From positions 74,960,001-75,024,000 of the forward strand of contig NC_045696.1 in assembly GCF_009834535.1 (NCBI RefSeq): a stretch of DNA of 64,000 nt. Reading direction: 5' to 3'. Below the pieces are notes generated by a model that ran no database searches, was not told the DNA's origin, and saw only the letters and a list, made by a program, of their open reading frames with translations. Shown here piece after piece: positions 13,654-24,301 of the stretch (its first letter is position 1; every line of letters begins with the position of its first letter). Origin of the DNA: Camelus ferus (taxonomy: Eukaryota). The position numbers were made by a program, and so were the translations under genes.

Positions 13654-14639
13654 AATAGAAGCCTGTTATTATTACAACACTAAAAATATATCTGTGTATT
13701 CATTTTTAGCAATTATTTTATGTTTTCTTTCCTCCCCCAAAATGACTTCTTCACAAGGGGTTTAATTTTTCATAAAGCCTTAGAACAAAGTGGGCAGAAA
13801 TATTAGAAAGACCAAAAAAAGTCTAGTACACTACCATGTCTCTCTTATTCCTAAACTAGATCAGAATCAGTTTTGTACATCATACACTTATAATTGGGTA
13901 GGTTAAATCAGTGTGTTAGAAATGGCAGACAGGCCTCATAATAAGCCCCTTCCTGCATGGATCCCATGGTTCTCTGACAGTAAACCTCCAAGACCCCTTA
14001 CAATGCAAAGCAACTAAAGCCCAGTTTTAGAACATGGAGGAAATACAGGGCATTGGGTTTTGGGAACCTACAAAATATCCAAACCTTCCTTCAGGGCCAA
14101 AAATCTTTTATAAATCAATATATCATATTTGTTGAGAAAATATAAAACATACTGGCTCAAATTTATTTTAAAAAAATTTCCCATGCCCATTCTCTGAGGG
14201 TGGGATGATAGAGGGTGCATAACATATCAAAGGAGATGAAACACCCCCAAACCAGGGCCTCGATTCCTAAAGCAGTATTAACGACAGGGTGTTGCCATCT
14301 ATTGAGAGCAGTGCTTCCCAGAGTAGGCTCCTGGAACATACTAGGTTGCCTGACATTCTGCTCACTGTCTACGGTCCGAGATATTGTCAGGGAGAAAGGG
14401 GACTAGGGGAAGAAAAGGGGAAGGATGAGGGATAAAATATTAAATACACTTTTGGAAGAAAACAGCTAGCAATTCCCTTGACTGGGTTTTTGCTCAGCTT
14501 CAAAATTTAGTAAGCTTTTTACACAGCTCGATGGAGCCTGAGTTTTTACCATTATGACTGCATTTGTTTGGCTTAAGATTTTGTTAAGCCTCTTAAAATG
14601 GAAATACCTCTGGGACACAAACTCCTGCTGAGCAGGGAG

Positions 14640-14928
14640 CGGCAAATCAGTGACTGTCCACAGGAAGTGGTGGGACTGTGGCAAATTGGAGAAGACACCC
14701 CTGTCCACAGGGGCAGCCTCTCCTCACTTGGCCAGCTGTTCATAGGCAGGAATGTGGGCCTTGTGATTTTTTTTCAGAAGTAGAAATCAGCACTTTTGTG
14801 AGACATTTCATGATTTTTAAAGTGTTAACAACTAATCTGGCATTTGAAAAAAACAACCCAGGAAAGGCCAAACAAAACACATCTGTGGGCTGGGATGCTG
14901 TCCATGGGTCACCAGTTGGCGACCTTTG
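14640..14928. mobile_element. hAT-Charlie relic (MER102-like)
   Basis: Terminus ggccaaacaaaacacatctgtgggc...ccagttggcgacctttg. Confidence 0.5.
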
Positions 14929-15467
14929 TTTTGGACTTTGTTCACTGGATGCCCCATTGTGAAAGAATTTATCACCTCCTTTGCTAGAGCAGAGCAAAAG
15001 GAGAGAAGACACGTAGGGCCACTCACGCAGAGCTGTGCGTGGACAGAGAGGAGCCGTGGGTGAGGGGAGAAGCCAGCAGCGAGGCCCTCCCTGTTCTGAG
15101 TGACTGGGCCGTGGGCCAGGAAGCCCTGTGGTAGATCTGCTGCCTTTCCAGCAGCTGGATATGAAAGCACAAGTCAGATCCCACTTCAGGATGCTGTTAA
15201 TTCCAAATGTGAACTTTTGGAGTCATTCTTTCCATATGGAATTCATAAAAGAATGTAAAAAATATTTTCAGGGGGAATATGTAATATCCATGACAGATAA
15301 GTAAGTTCCTAACACTATTTACATAAAATGAATGAAAGCTACTTAGAGGCAATTCTTTCCTAGTCATTGATGAAACAGATCTCCAAAGACTTCATCCCTG
15401 GCAACATTCCTTAGTCTTGTTTGTTACATGAAAAAAAATTTATAACAGATCACTTTAGGTTGTTCAG

Positions 15468-15535
15468 ATGGACTTTAACCAAGCTCTGAATATAAGATCT
15501 CATTGTGTTGCATCATACCTGCTCACAACTCTCAG
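15468..15535 (+). CDS. KCNMB3: KCNMB3 beta3d-like alternative first coding exon
   Basis: MDFNQALNIRSHCVASYLLTTL-R, 68 nt, phase 2, AG|GTGGGC donor; recalled human beta3d is MDFSPSSELGFHFVAFILLTRHR. Confidence 0.6.
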
Positions 15536-15619
15536 GTGGGCAGCAAATGGGACCCTCCCTCCACTCACCATGGGTTGGTAAATATTCCCACTTTTTTTCC
15601 CCCCAACATTTGTCAAAAA

Positions 15620-16670
15620 CAGCTTTATTTATGACTGAAATACGACAGCTGGCACATGTTTAATGTGAACCATTTGATAAGTTTTGACACATGTGATAGT
15701 TTTGGGTGAAACCATCACACCATCAAGATAAGACCATGAAAGTTTCCTTGTGCCCCTTTGCATCCTCCCCTACCCCCGAGTAACCGCTAATCTGCTTTCT
15801 GTCACTAAAGATACTTTTGCATTTTCTACAATTTTATGTGAATGGAATCATACAGTGTGGCCTCTTTTGTTTGTCTGGCTTTTTTCACTCAGCGTAATTA
15901 TTCTGAGGTTTGTCCTGTGTGCCATGTTTGTCAGTTCTGTTGCTGAGTAGCTTTCCATTGTGTGAATGTAAGCGTTTATCTGTATACTAGCTGATAAAAA
16001 TTTGGGTTGTTTCCAGCTTGGGGCTACTTACAAATGGGGTGCCATGAACATCTATGTACAAGTCTTTGTATGATCATGTGCTTTCATTTTGCTTGGTAAA
16101 TAAATACCTAGGAATGGAATACCTGGGTCCTATGGTCCCATATATGTTTCACTTTTTAAGACAATACCAACTGTTTTACAAAGTGGTTATACCGTTTTAT
16201 ATTCCCATCAATAGTGTATGAGAGTTCCAGTTCTCCAACACTTGGTATTGTGTCTTTTTGGTTACACCGCATTCGAGTGGGGGTGATGTGGTATCTCAGT
16301 GTGGTTTTAATATACAGGTTACTAATGAGCATCTTTTTATGTGCTTATTTGACATTTATACATCCTCTTTGAAGTGTCCGTTGAAGTCATTAATTGGGTT
16401 GTGTGGCATTATTGAGCTTGAGAGCTTTTTATGTATTCTGGATTCGAGTCCTTTAAAATGATGTGCCAATATTTTTTTCCAGCCTGGGCTGGCTTTTCAT
16501 TCTTCTAACAGTCTTTTGAAGAGCAGAAATTTTTAATTTTGATGAAGTCCGATTTAACAATTTGTTCTCTTTCAGATTGTGCTTGTAGTATTGTATCTAA
16601 GAAATATTTGCCTAAACCAAGGTCATAAAGGATTTCTTTTATGTTTTCTACAAGAAATGTAGGAATTTAA
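15620..16670 (-). mobile_element. Older L1 (L1MB-like) 3' fragment
   Basis: aaccgctaatctgctttctgtc, aatggaatcatacagt, tttgggttgtttccag, ttttaattttgatgaagtcc. Confidence 0.8.
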
Positions 16671-16705
16671 AGTTAGGGTTTTGTTTTGTTTTTGTAAAGA
16701 AATAG

Positions 16706-16822
16706 TTTATTTATTTATTTGTTTAATTTAAGAAATTATAGTTGACCTACAATACTGTGCTTGTTTAAGTTGTGCAACATAGTGATCTAGTATTTCTGTA
16801 CAACACAAAATGACCATCACTG
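16706..16822 (-). mobile_element. Short L1 3'-end fragment abutting the KCNMB3 beta3c start position
   Basis: (TTTA)n tail, then tatagttgacctacaatactgtg...tgtgcaacatagtgat...atgaccatcac. Confidence 0.65.
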
Positions 16823-16872
16823 TTCCCACTTTATGAGCTTATTGAAATATCTCCTTCCCACTACCCCCAAAG

Positions 16873-17061
16873 GACAGCCTTTTCTACCTCAGGGAAGAGA
16901 AACATAGACCACAGTGATGGAGACCAACCATATGTGCATAAGAAGCTGCCATCCAATGCTGGAGAGGACCGAGCCATGCTGCTAGGGTTTGCAATGATGG
17001 CCTTCTCTGTCCTAATGTTTTTCTTGCTTGGAGTAACCATCCTAAAGCCCTTCATGCTCAG
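16873..17061 (+). CDS. KCNMB3: KCNMB3 exon 2 (cytosolic N-terminus and TM1)
   Basis: TAFSTSGKRNIDHSDGD...AGEDRAMLLGFAMMAFSVLMFFLLGVTILKPFML; CAAAG| acceptor, AG|GTAAGA donor; 189 nt, open. Confidence 0.95.
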
Positions 17062-19450
17062 GTAAGAAAGAGAAAGGAGATCCAGAATTTCCAAATCAAA
17101 CCATATGCAGGCACAGTGGTAGAGGAGAGGAGGGGAGGGGAGACTGGCTTTGGTTTCTCCAGCCCTCTTGACCTTTGTCTAGGACAGGGAAGATAGAGTT
17201 CCTGGTCCTCGGTCAGTGCTAGGAGGCAGCTGGGTTTGGAGGAAGAGGTGGTAAGAGAGTGGAAGAGACTCCTTTGTTGCTCCCCTCCTCCAATCTCAAA
17301 AATTCTTTCAACAATGTATCCATGTACTGTATATTCCTGCAAGTAATAAATTCTTTCTTTAGCATGCAGATATCCCAGGGAAGGGTTAGGTTAAGCCTCT
17401 ATATGAGCACAACAAGTTTTTTGAGTCTGAGTTTTTTGAGCTTGATAATTATCAACTACTAGTGCATAGTAGTTGCTCAACAAAAGTTTTCTTCCTTTTA
17501 AGTAATTTCTTTATTAAATACATGTAATAAATTATCATTCTTACATATATAGTACATGTCAAATATATACTGTATTGTATCCTATTTAAACCTACAGCAA
17601 ACCCATGATGGAAGATTGTTTTATTATTTTAATTTTCACTTTATGAATGAGAAAGCTGAGGCTCCAAAAGGGTTACGTGCCCAAGATCAAATAGGCAGTG
17701 AAGAATTTGCCTATTCATTCTGACATAAGACTCGTTGCCTCCTAACACTTAAATGGAGTTTGCTGCCATGAGGGGGATGGGAGTTTTGTTAGGGCTGTAG
17801 AGGAGCTGTTTAATGTTGGAGATTGGCTCACACACATGGGGTGCCTTGGAGGAGGGCAGCACTGGGTAGGGGGAATGCAAGGGTCACTTCCCCTTTGGCT
17901 AGCCAGAGAGCAACAGAAGGCCCAGGGGAGTGGGATGAGGGAGGCCCTGGAGTTCAGTGAAGAAAAGGGATCATAGGGAAGGAATTGTGTGGCCTGCTTT
18001 TGTTATTTATCAGACTCATCTCCCACCATTCCTAGGTTCCCATTGTTAGGGCAATAATGTGGGGGTCCTCCTCCACTGCAGCACACAGTGCCACTATTAG
18101 GGAAATTTTCTCTCTGACATTAGCAACCAGGAGAATCTGTTCTCCTGATCAACCAGCTTACTTTAATCTAATGGATACCAGGAACCTTGTGTCTGGCTGT
18201 ATTTTCTCCATCTCTTTGGCTGCTAGGAAGCTCAGAGCCAAATTTGTGGCCCAGTTCTCATAACTATCAAGGATCTTATGGTCTGGGGGTTACATGTTTA
18301 TACCTCACTCTTGACTTCATACTAGCTTTCTACCTTCCTTTTCCTGTTAATCTATTTTCCATCTATATATCTGCATTATGTATATCTATATAAGTTCAGT
18401 ATATATGTGTGTGTGCACATGTGTGTTTGCGTGCAGGTCAGATTATTTTTTAAAAATATGATGTGATATATTTGGGAGATGGTTTGAAGATACCTTCTGT
18501 AAGCTAACACTAAACTCTTGTTCATATTTAAGATACACTTTTCTAAGCATTTCTGGAAGTTGTTTGCTGCAGGTAATTAAGGGACTGTTTAAGAGCAGTG
18601 AGTTCTCATCTCTGTTGCCTTGTGATCTTGTGCCATCAGAGAGTAGTCTTGCTTCATAAAAGCTGATAGTTGAGAGACTTGGGTAGCTCATACCTATCCC
18701 CCCAACTCCCTTAAACCCTCATCTCTCAATGAAATGATGGATTTTGTCTGTTTGTAGACAGACACACAATGCTATTGAGGGACATGCTGATTTTTTCAGC
18801 CCTAAATACATTTCTGGTTCGACCTGAAAGCCTCCGGCCTTGACCCTTGTGCATAGGGAGGAGTGTCGCACTCTCTATACTGGAGCTTCCTAAAATCTTC
18901 AAAGAAGGTTCAAATCAAACTCAGTTTGGCACTTGGTTAGGATTGAAGTTTTAACACAGAAAGGCCGACAGGTCTAAATATTTTAAGATGCCTGGTCTAA
19001 ATATGTAGAGAAAGTAATTTTGTGAAAAGGCAGGCCACTGCAAAACCTGTGAAAGAACCTCATTTCCCATTTTTGTATTTTCACTTGCCCAACATTTTAT
19101 TCTTCTAAGGCCATTTCTAGTGATATTTTTATGCCCTGGGCATGCAATCATGTTAAAAACTGCATTGTGTGTCTCAGGTTTTTCCTTAATAAAGAAAAAT
19201 GATTACATGCAATCCAAGATCTTCATGGGAGTGCAGTCTGAACCTAGCTAAGCAGTGCTTTTCAAACATTCTGACTTTCAAATTTGCTTCTTGTGTTTAA
19301 GACACTGGGAAGCAGCACAGGGACTCACCTAGACGTGGGCATGAGGATATGTGAGTAGCTGGACCTGCACATTCAACCAAACAAAGCGTTTCCTCTCACT
19401 CTCATTTACTTTATCTGGGGCTTGTTCTCTATTTTATACACATATGTTCT

Positions 19451-19581
19451 TTTTCTTTTTTAGAAAAACTTTTTTGGGGGTAATTAGGTTTATCTATTTA
19501 CTTTTAATGGACGCACTGGGGATTGAACCCAGGACCTTGTGCATGCTAAGCATACACTCTACCCCTGAGCTATACCCGCCC
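19451..19581 (-). mobile_element. Camelid tRNA-derived SINE (Vic-1 type)
   Basis: Minus strand reads GGGCGGGTATAGCTCAGGGGTAGAGTGTATGCTTAGCATGCACAAGGTCCTGGGTTCAATCCCCAGT...AAACCTAATTACCCCC plus an A-rich tail; Pol III A and B boxes visible. Confidence 0.85.
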
Positions 19582-20094
19582 ACAAATGCCCTTCCTCTTC
19601 CGCACCACCACGAAGTCTTCATGAGCAGGAGTTCTGTCTGCCCCTTCTCACTGCACCTATGACGTTCTGTGTATGTGCAAATTCTCATGGAATGTTTTCC
19701 AAGTGAAAATTAATTCGGTACATTATTTGTTGAGCCTCTACTATGTGAAAGGCACTGTGCTTTGTGTTTTGAGGAACATAAAGATGAATAGGATGTAGCT
19801 CCTGACCTTAAGGAACTTACTACTAATAGTAAAAACATGGTAGTTTTCTAATGAGAGATTCCTCATATGATTTGCATTTGCCTCTCGAAGTAGAGTGGGT
19901 AAATGGAAATGTTCCTTGTTAATACAACTTTAGAGGCTAGATTGACTAAGAGTCCTGTGGTTGGACTCCTTCCAAAGGCACATTTTCATCAGGACAAGCC
20001 AGTGGGCGCATCTTGAGATGAGGAGGCAGGAGAGATTATAAGATTTCTGAGTGTGAATCTCGGTGGTTACAGATTGAGGATACTGTTGCTCAAA

Positions 20095-20260
20095 GATGGT
20101 TCTCCAAATACTTGCATCTTAAATACTGTTACATATATGGATTCCTGGGCCCCAGCTTGCATCAGCTGAACCTGAATCTCTGGTCTTAGAATCTACATTT
20201 TAACAAATTCTTCATTCTAACATACCTACTCGGGTGATTCTAAAGTCCGAAAACCATTGA
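20095..20260. mobile_element. MER5-like hAT relic
   Basis: tggttctc...gattcctgggcccc...tgaatctctgg...cattttaacaa...ggtgattct...aaaccattg. Confidence 0.55.
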
Positions 20261-20491
20261 CCTACAATGAGAAATATGCTAGGAGGTCATAACTGAGATG
20301 GAACCCAGCACTTTGCTGCTATTTATCCCCTGCTGCATGGCCCCCCATGCTCCCTAGTCATTCAGTGCCTTCTGTAATGGTCCTGCATTGCTTTGAGATG
20401 GACAAATGCCTCAGATTACCACATTAGAAATACAGAACTAAATTTTCTAGGGCTGAAAACCATTTCTTTTTTTTTTTTTTCCAAATTGAAG

Positions 20492-20687
20492 CACTCAGAG
20501 AGAAGCAGCGAACTGCACCATCATCCACACACACATCACGGACTGGACGGACTGCGCTTTCAGCTGTGGGGCGGACTGCCGCGGTCAGGGCAAGTACCCG
20601 TGTCTGCAGGTGCTTGTGAACCTCACCCATTCAGGGCAGAAAGCTCTCCTACATTATAACGAAGTGGCTGTCCAGACAAATTCCAAG
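20492..20687 (+). CDS. KCNMB3: KCNMB3 exon 3 (Cys-rich extracellular loop)
   Basis: TQREAANCTIIHTHITDWTDCAFSCGADCRGQGKYPCLQVLVNLTHSGQKALLHYNEVAVQTNSK; AAG|GTAAGG donor; 196 nt, open. Confidence 0.95.
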
Positions 20688-21824
20688 GTAAGGTCAAGTT
20701 TATGTAACGAAAGAGTTCTAATCACAGCAACCTTTCCATGCCAGACTGTTCCTAGCAGGGTGCAGTATCCAGGCTCATTTCTAGATAAACCTGCTTCCTT
20801 CCAGTGAACGTTTTGACAGTGGCCAAATTAGGCTAAATGAAGCTAAAAACACTGGGGAGGAAAAATGGGGTATATAGAAAAGAGTGGAATTATTCCAATT
20901 TCACAAACTGTTATCTGGAATTTAAAGACAGGGCCAATGAACAGTCTTACTTATGGAGGTCGCATTCCCCATCATATCAAAAATGTTAAAATATTCTCAC
21001 AGCCCTCCTTAAATCAAACATATAATTTTTCTTATCAAAGAAATTTAAAGATTATCCTTTAAAGGATACTCAGTTGGTTCATATGACTTAAAGTGTACAT
21101 TTTCACCTAACTATAAAAGTTGAATTGTATTAGATTAGTTGACATGTGATACTTTGTTGTGTTTCTTTAAGCACTAATTTCAGTCTGATGATTTTGGTTT
21201 TCTTTTTGGATGCAATAATTTTCAAGGTCTCAAATATTTTTGTAGGCCCTTGAGTGCCTAGTGGATATGGTAATAAAGCTTTTTTAAAAAGAATCACCAG
21301 CTGATGGAGCTTCCTTCTCTCCACTGGTTGTGCCTCCCAGGAACCAAAGCCCACGTACGGCCCCCTCTCCATGGGCCTAGAACAAAAGCCTCAATGTGTT
21401 ATCCTTTAGGGAAAGAGTTTACTACAGATGGTAGAGGCATTAATAGGTGTTGAAGGCACATAAAGAGCTCAGTATATATTTGTTGAACGGACAAATAGAT
21501 TCATCAAGTTATTATCCAGGAAGAGAGCGAGGCCCTGCATGTAGGGAAGAGCATGGTCCTTATGAAGATGGTCACTGCCTCTTGTACTATGTCTTTATTC
21601 TAAGAATTCTGTCCCACATCCCTGTTTAGTGCTCAAAAATGTCCATTTCATTCTTTGCTCTCCTGGCAACCCTTCCCCAGGAGCTATGAAATAGGTTTTA
21701 TCACCTTCTGAGATGAAAATTCCTAACAGCTTCAGTCTGAAGTGATTTCAGAATTAAAACTGTTGTTTAAGTGCTTGGTTTCAGAGGCAGTGCCCTCATC
21801 TTTCTTCCCCCTCTGTACTCCTAG

Positions 21825-22197
21825 TGCTTCTACACACCTGAGTGCCACCAAGATAGAAAAGATTTGCTCAACAGTGCTCTGGGCATAAAGGAATTCTTCG
21901 ATCTCAAAAACGGGACCCCCTTTTCATGCTTCTACAGTCCAGACAGCCAGTCTGAAGATGTTATTCTCATTAAAAAGTATGACCGAATGGTTATCTTCCA
22001 TTGTTTTGGCCGTCACTGACTCTGGTAGGTGGTGCCCTGATAGTTGGCGTGGTGCGATTAACACAGCACCTGTCCCTACTGTGTGAAAAATACAGCGCTG
22101 CAGAGACGAGGTAAGTGGCAAAGTACCTTACATGGCCCGGCACCAGCTCTAACTGTGGGGTGTGGGGAGGAGCAAAGGAAGGAGCAGGCAATCTTAA
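21825..22197 (+). pseudogene. KCNMB3: KCNMB3 exon 4 (loop, TM2, tail) with two 4-nt deletions and a nonsense codon
   Basis: Reads CFYTPECHQDRKDLLNS...KKYDRMVIFHC-FGRH*. TM2 (WPSLTLVGGALIVGVVRL) survives in another frame. The ancestral stop is TAA at 22195-22197. Confidence 0.88.
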
Positions 22198-23275
22198 GAT
22201 GGTGGCCATATTCAAGTCCTGACCTTCAGATAACCTGCCATTTCTGCTCTTGAGGACCTAATTATGCCTACTTGCAAACTAACCATGTAGAGGCAAAGTT
22301 AAGTATGAATATTTCATGGGCAGAAGAAAATTTGTAGTCTCATTATGCATTCATTCTATTTATTTTATAAATACATAAAAATTCACCATCATTTCTACTC
22401 CAAATCTCTCCACATGAGCCAAGGAAGCACTTTTTGTTTCCATGTGGCAAAATGAGCTCAAGGTCTTTGTGCTTCATCTGCTATCAACTCACACTGCAGA
22501 ACTAGTTATATCTGACTTGTCACTGTGGAAGTAGATGAGGGTTTCTAACCTGGTGAGCGCTGAACGGCCAATCGAGTTCTATGCAATAGAGTTCACATTA
22601 AAACATTTCTCAAAAAATTCTTAGTGAAGAACAGTTCACTACTCACTATAGGAAGATAATAATCTGATAATTTCAGAAAACATGGACCTACTATTTTACT
22701 TCACCATGAGAAAAGAGAGAAGCCGCTGCCTGTAAAATTCACTAAGCTTAGCATTATTTGTACTTAACCTTGCCATGGACCATGTAATTTTTCTTTCAGC
22801 AACATTTTTTCCAGTTGATTATGCTTTCCGTAAGCTCATTTTGTTGTGTACATGCTGGAGGGAGCAGGAGAGATGGCTAGAAATGTGTTGTGAAGCAGGG
22901 AGAAGCTACACTGGATGGAATTTAACATTCATTTCAGATAACCCGCATCACAGAAAAGTCCCACATCGATAGTCAACAACTGTCCGTACTTTAATTAATG
23001 AATCAACCACGATTATTAAATAATGAATGTCACAAAACTCTCCCAACAAGTGCTTTCCAGATTAAGCTGAATATACGAGTTGGAAACAGAGTTCATTCTG
23101 AAAACCATTGTACCTCAAAGTAGCTTTACAATTTTACTAAGAAATCTTATAGCAAGGGCAACAGAAAGAATGACTTTTGAAGCAACCTTTATATGTAGAT
23201 GTTATCAAAACAGAAACTTTGACTCTAAGCCAATTTAATGCCTTTTAGCAAATAATTGTAAGTCACACATTATTA

Positions 23276-23298
23276 AATAAAATGAATAATTAAATAAA
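23276..23298 (+). terminator. Candidate KCNMB3 polyadenylation signals
   Basis: Two AATAAA (23276-23281, 23293-23298) with a T-rich tract downstream (~23328-23348), about 1.1 kb after the ancestral stop. Confidence 0.45.
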
Positions 23299-23644
23299 GC
23301 AATACTGACTTGACCAGCAATGAACAATTTTGTATTTTCTCTTCTTTCTAGTGAGGAATAGTGGAGAGAACATGTGTCTTAAAGTAGGATTTTTTCGAGA
23401 TTTTTTAATAATTACAACTTCTCAGATATGTGTCCTTGGGTAATTCAGCTGAATTGTTTGAGCCTCTCTTCTCAACAATAAATAGGGATAAGCTCTTCTT
23501 TCACGGGGTTATTTTAAAGGAAGAAACAAGGTAGGATATGTGGAACACCTAGCTTAATTTCTGGTACCTAGTGGAGGTGCATAAAAATGTTAGTAGATGA
23601 AAAAAACTTCTGCTAAGTTTTCAATTTTCAGTCAGCCTTCTCCC

Positions 23645-24301
23645 TCTTCTGGGGATGTACCCTAAAGAAATGAAATCAGTACCTCCAAGAAATACCTGCT
23701 TTCCATGTTCACTGCAGCACTATTCACAATAGCCAAGGTATAGAAACAATCTAAGTATCCATCGACAGATGAATAAAGAAATCGTGATTATATATATAAA
23801 ATGTGTATACATATATGGAATATTTTTCAGCCTTAAAAAAATGAGATCCTGCCATTTGCAACAACATGGATGAACCTGGAGGTCACTGTGCTAAGTAAAA
23901 TAATCCAGACACAGAAAGGAAAGAGCTGCATTTCACTTATACATGGAATCTAAAAATGTTGAATACATAGCAGAGTGCAGAATGCTAGTTACCTGGGGTG
24001 GGGGAGGGGAGCTGGGGAGATGTTGGTTAATGGGTACAGACTTTGTTATAAGATGAATAAATCTTCAGATCTAACGTACAGCATAATGACTATAGTTAAT
24101 ACTGTATTGAATACTGGAAACGTACTAAGAGAATAGATTGTAGGTGCTTGCATCACACACACACACACACACACACAAGGTAACTGTGTGAGGAGATTAT
24201 GTGTTAATTAGCTTGACTGCAGTAAACATTTCACCGTGTGTATGTCTATCAAATCATCATGTTGTAAATCTTAAGTATATACAATTCTTAGTAAAAATAA
24301 A
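23645..24301 (+). mobile_element. L1 3' end (L1MA/MB-like) with an internal (CA)n, in the KCNMB3-PIK3CA gap
   Basis: catgttcactgcagcactattcacaatagccaag, gccatttgcaacaacatggatgaacctggagg; ends at AATAAA 24296-24301. Confidence 0.85.

Larger units (their letters stand above)
7922..22197 (+). pseudogene. KCNMB3: BK channel auxiliary subunit beta3; canonical two-TM ORF disrupted in exon 4 (probable unitary pseudogene or truncated allele)
   Basis: Exons 7922-7983, 16873-17061, 20492-20687 and 21825-22197 translate to recognisable beta3. A 4-nt deletion at ~22004 gives TGA at 22017-22019, before TM2. Convergent arrangement with PIK3CA matches human synteny. Confidence 0.85.

Noticed and set aside
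10526..13765. Long hydrophobic ORFs (10526-10927, 11411-11872, 13316-13765) resembling membrane proteins
   Set aside because: They are antisense translations of T-rich L1 sequence, which typically give F/L/I-rich ORFs.
7984..15467. KCNMB3 beta3b first exon and the LRRFIP1 processed pseudogene recalled from the human locus
   Set aside because: No LRRFIP1-like sequence is visible, and an exon contributing only part of the start codon cannot be identified from sequence alone.
19500..19581. Possible tRNA gene
   Set aside because: The tRNA-like head runs into a SINE body and A-rich tail, and the acceptor stem does not close; it is a SINE.
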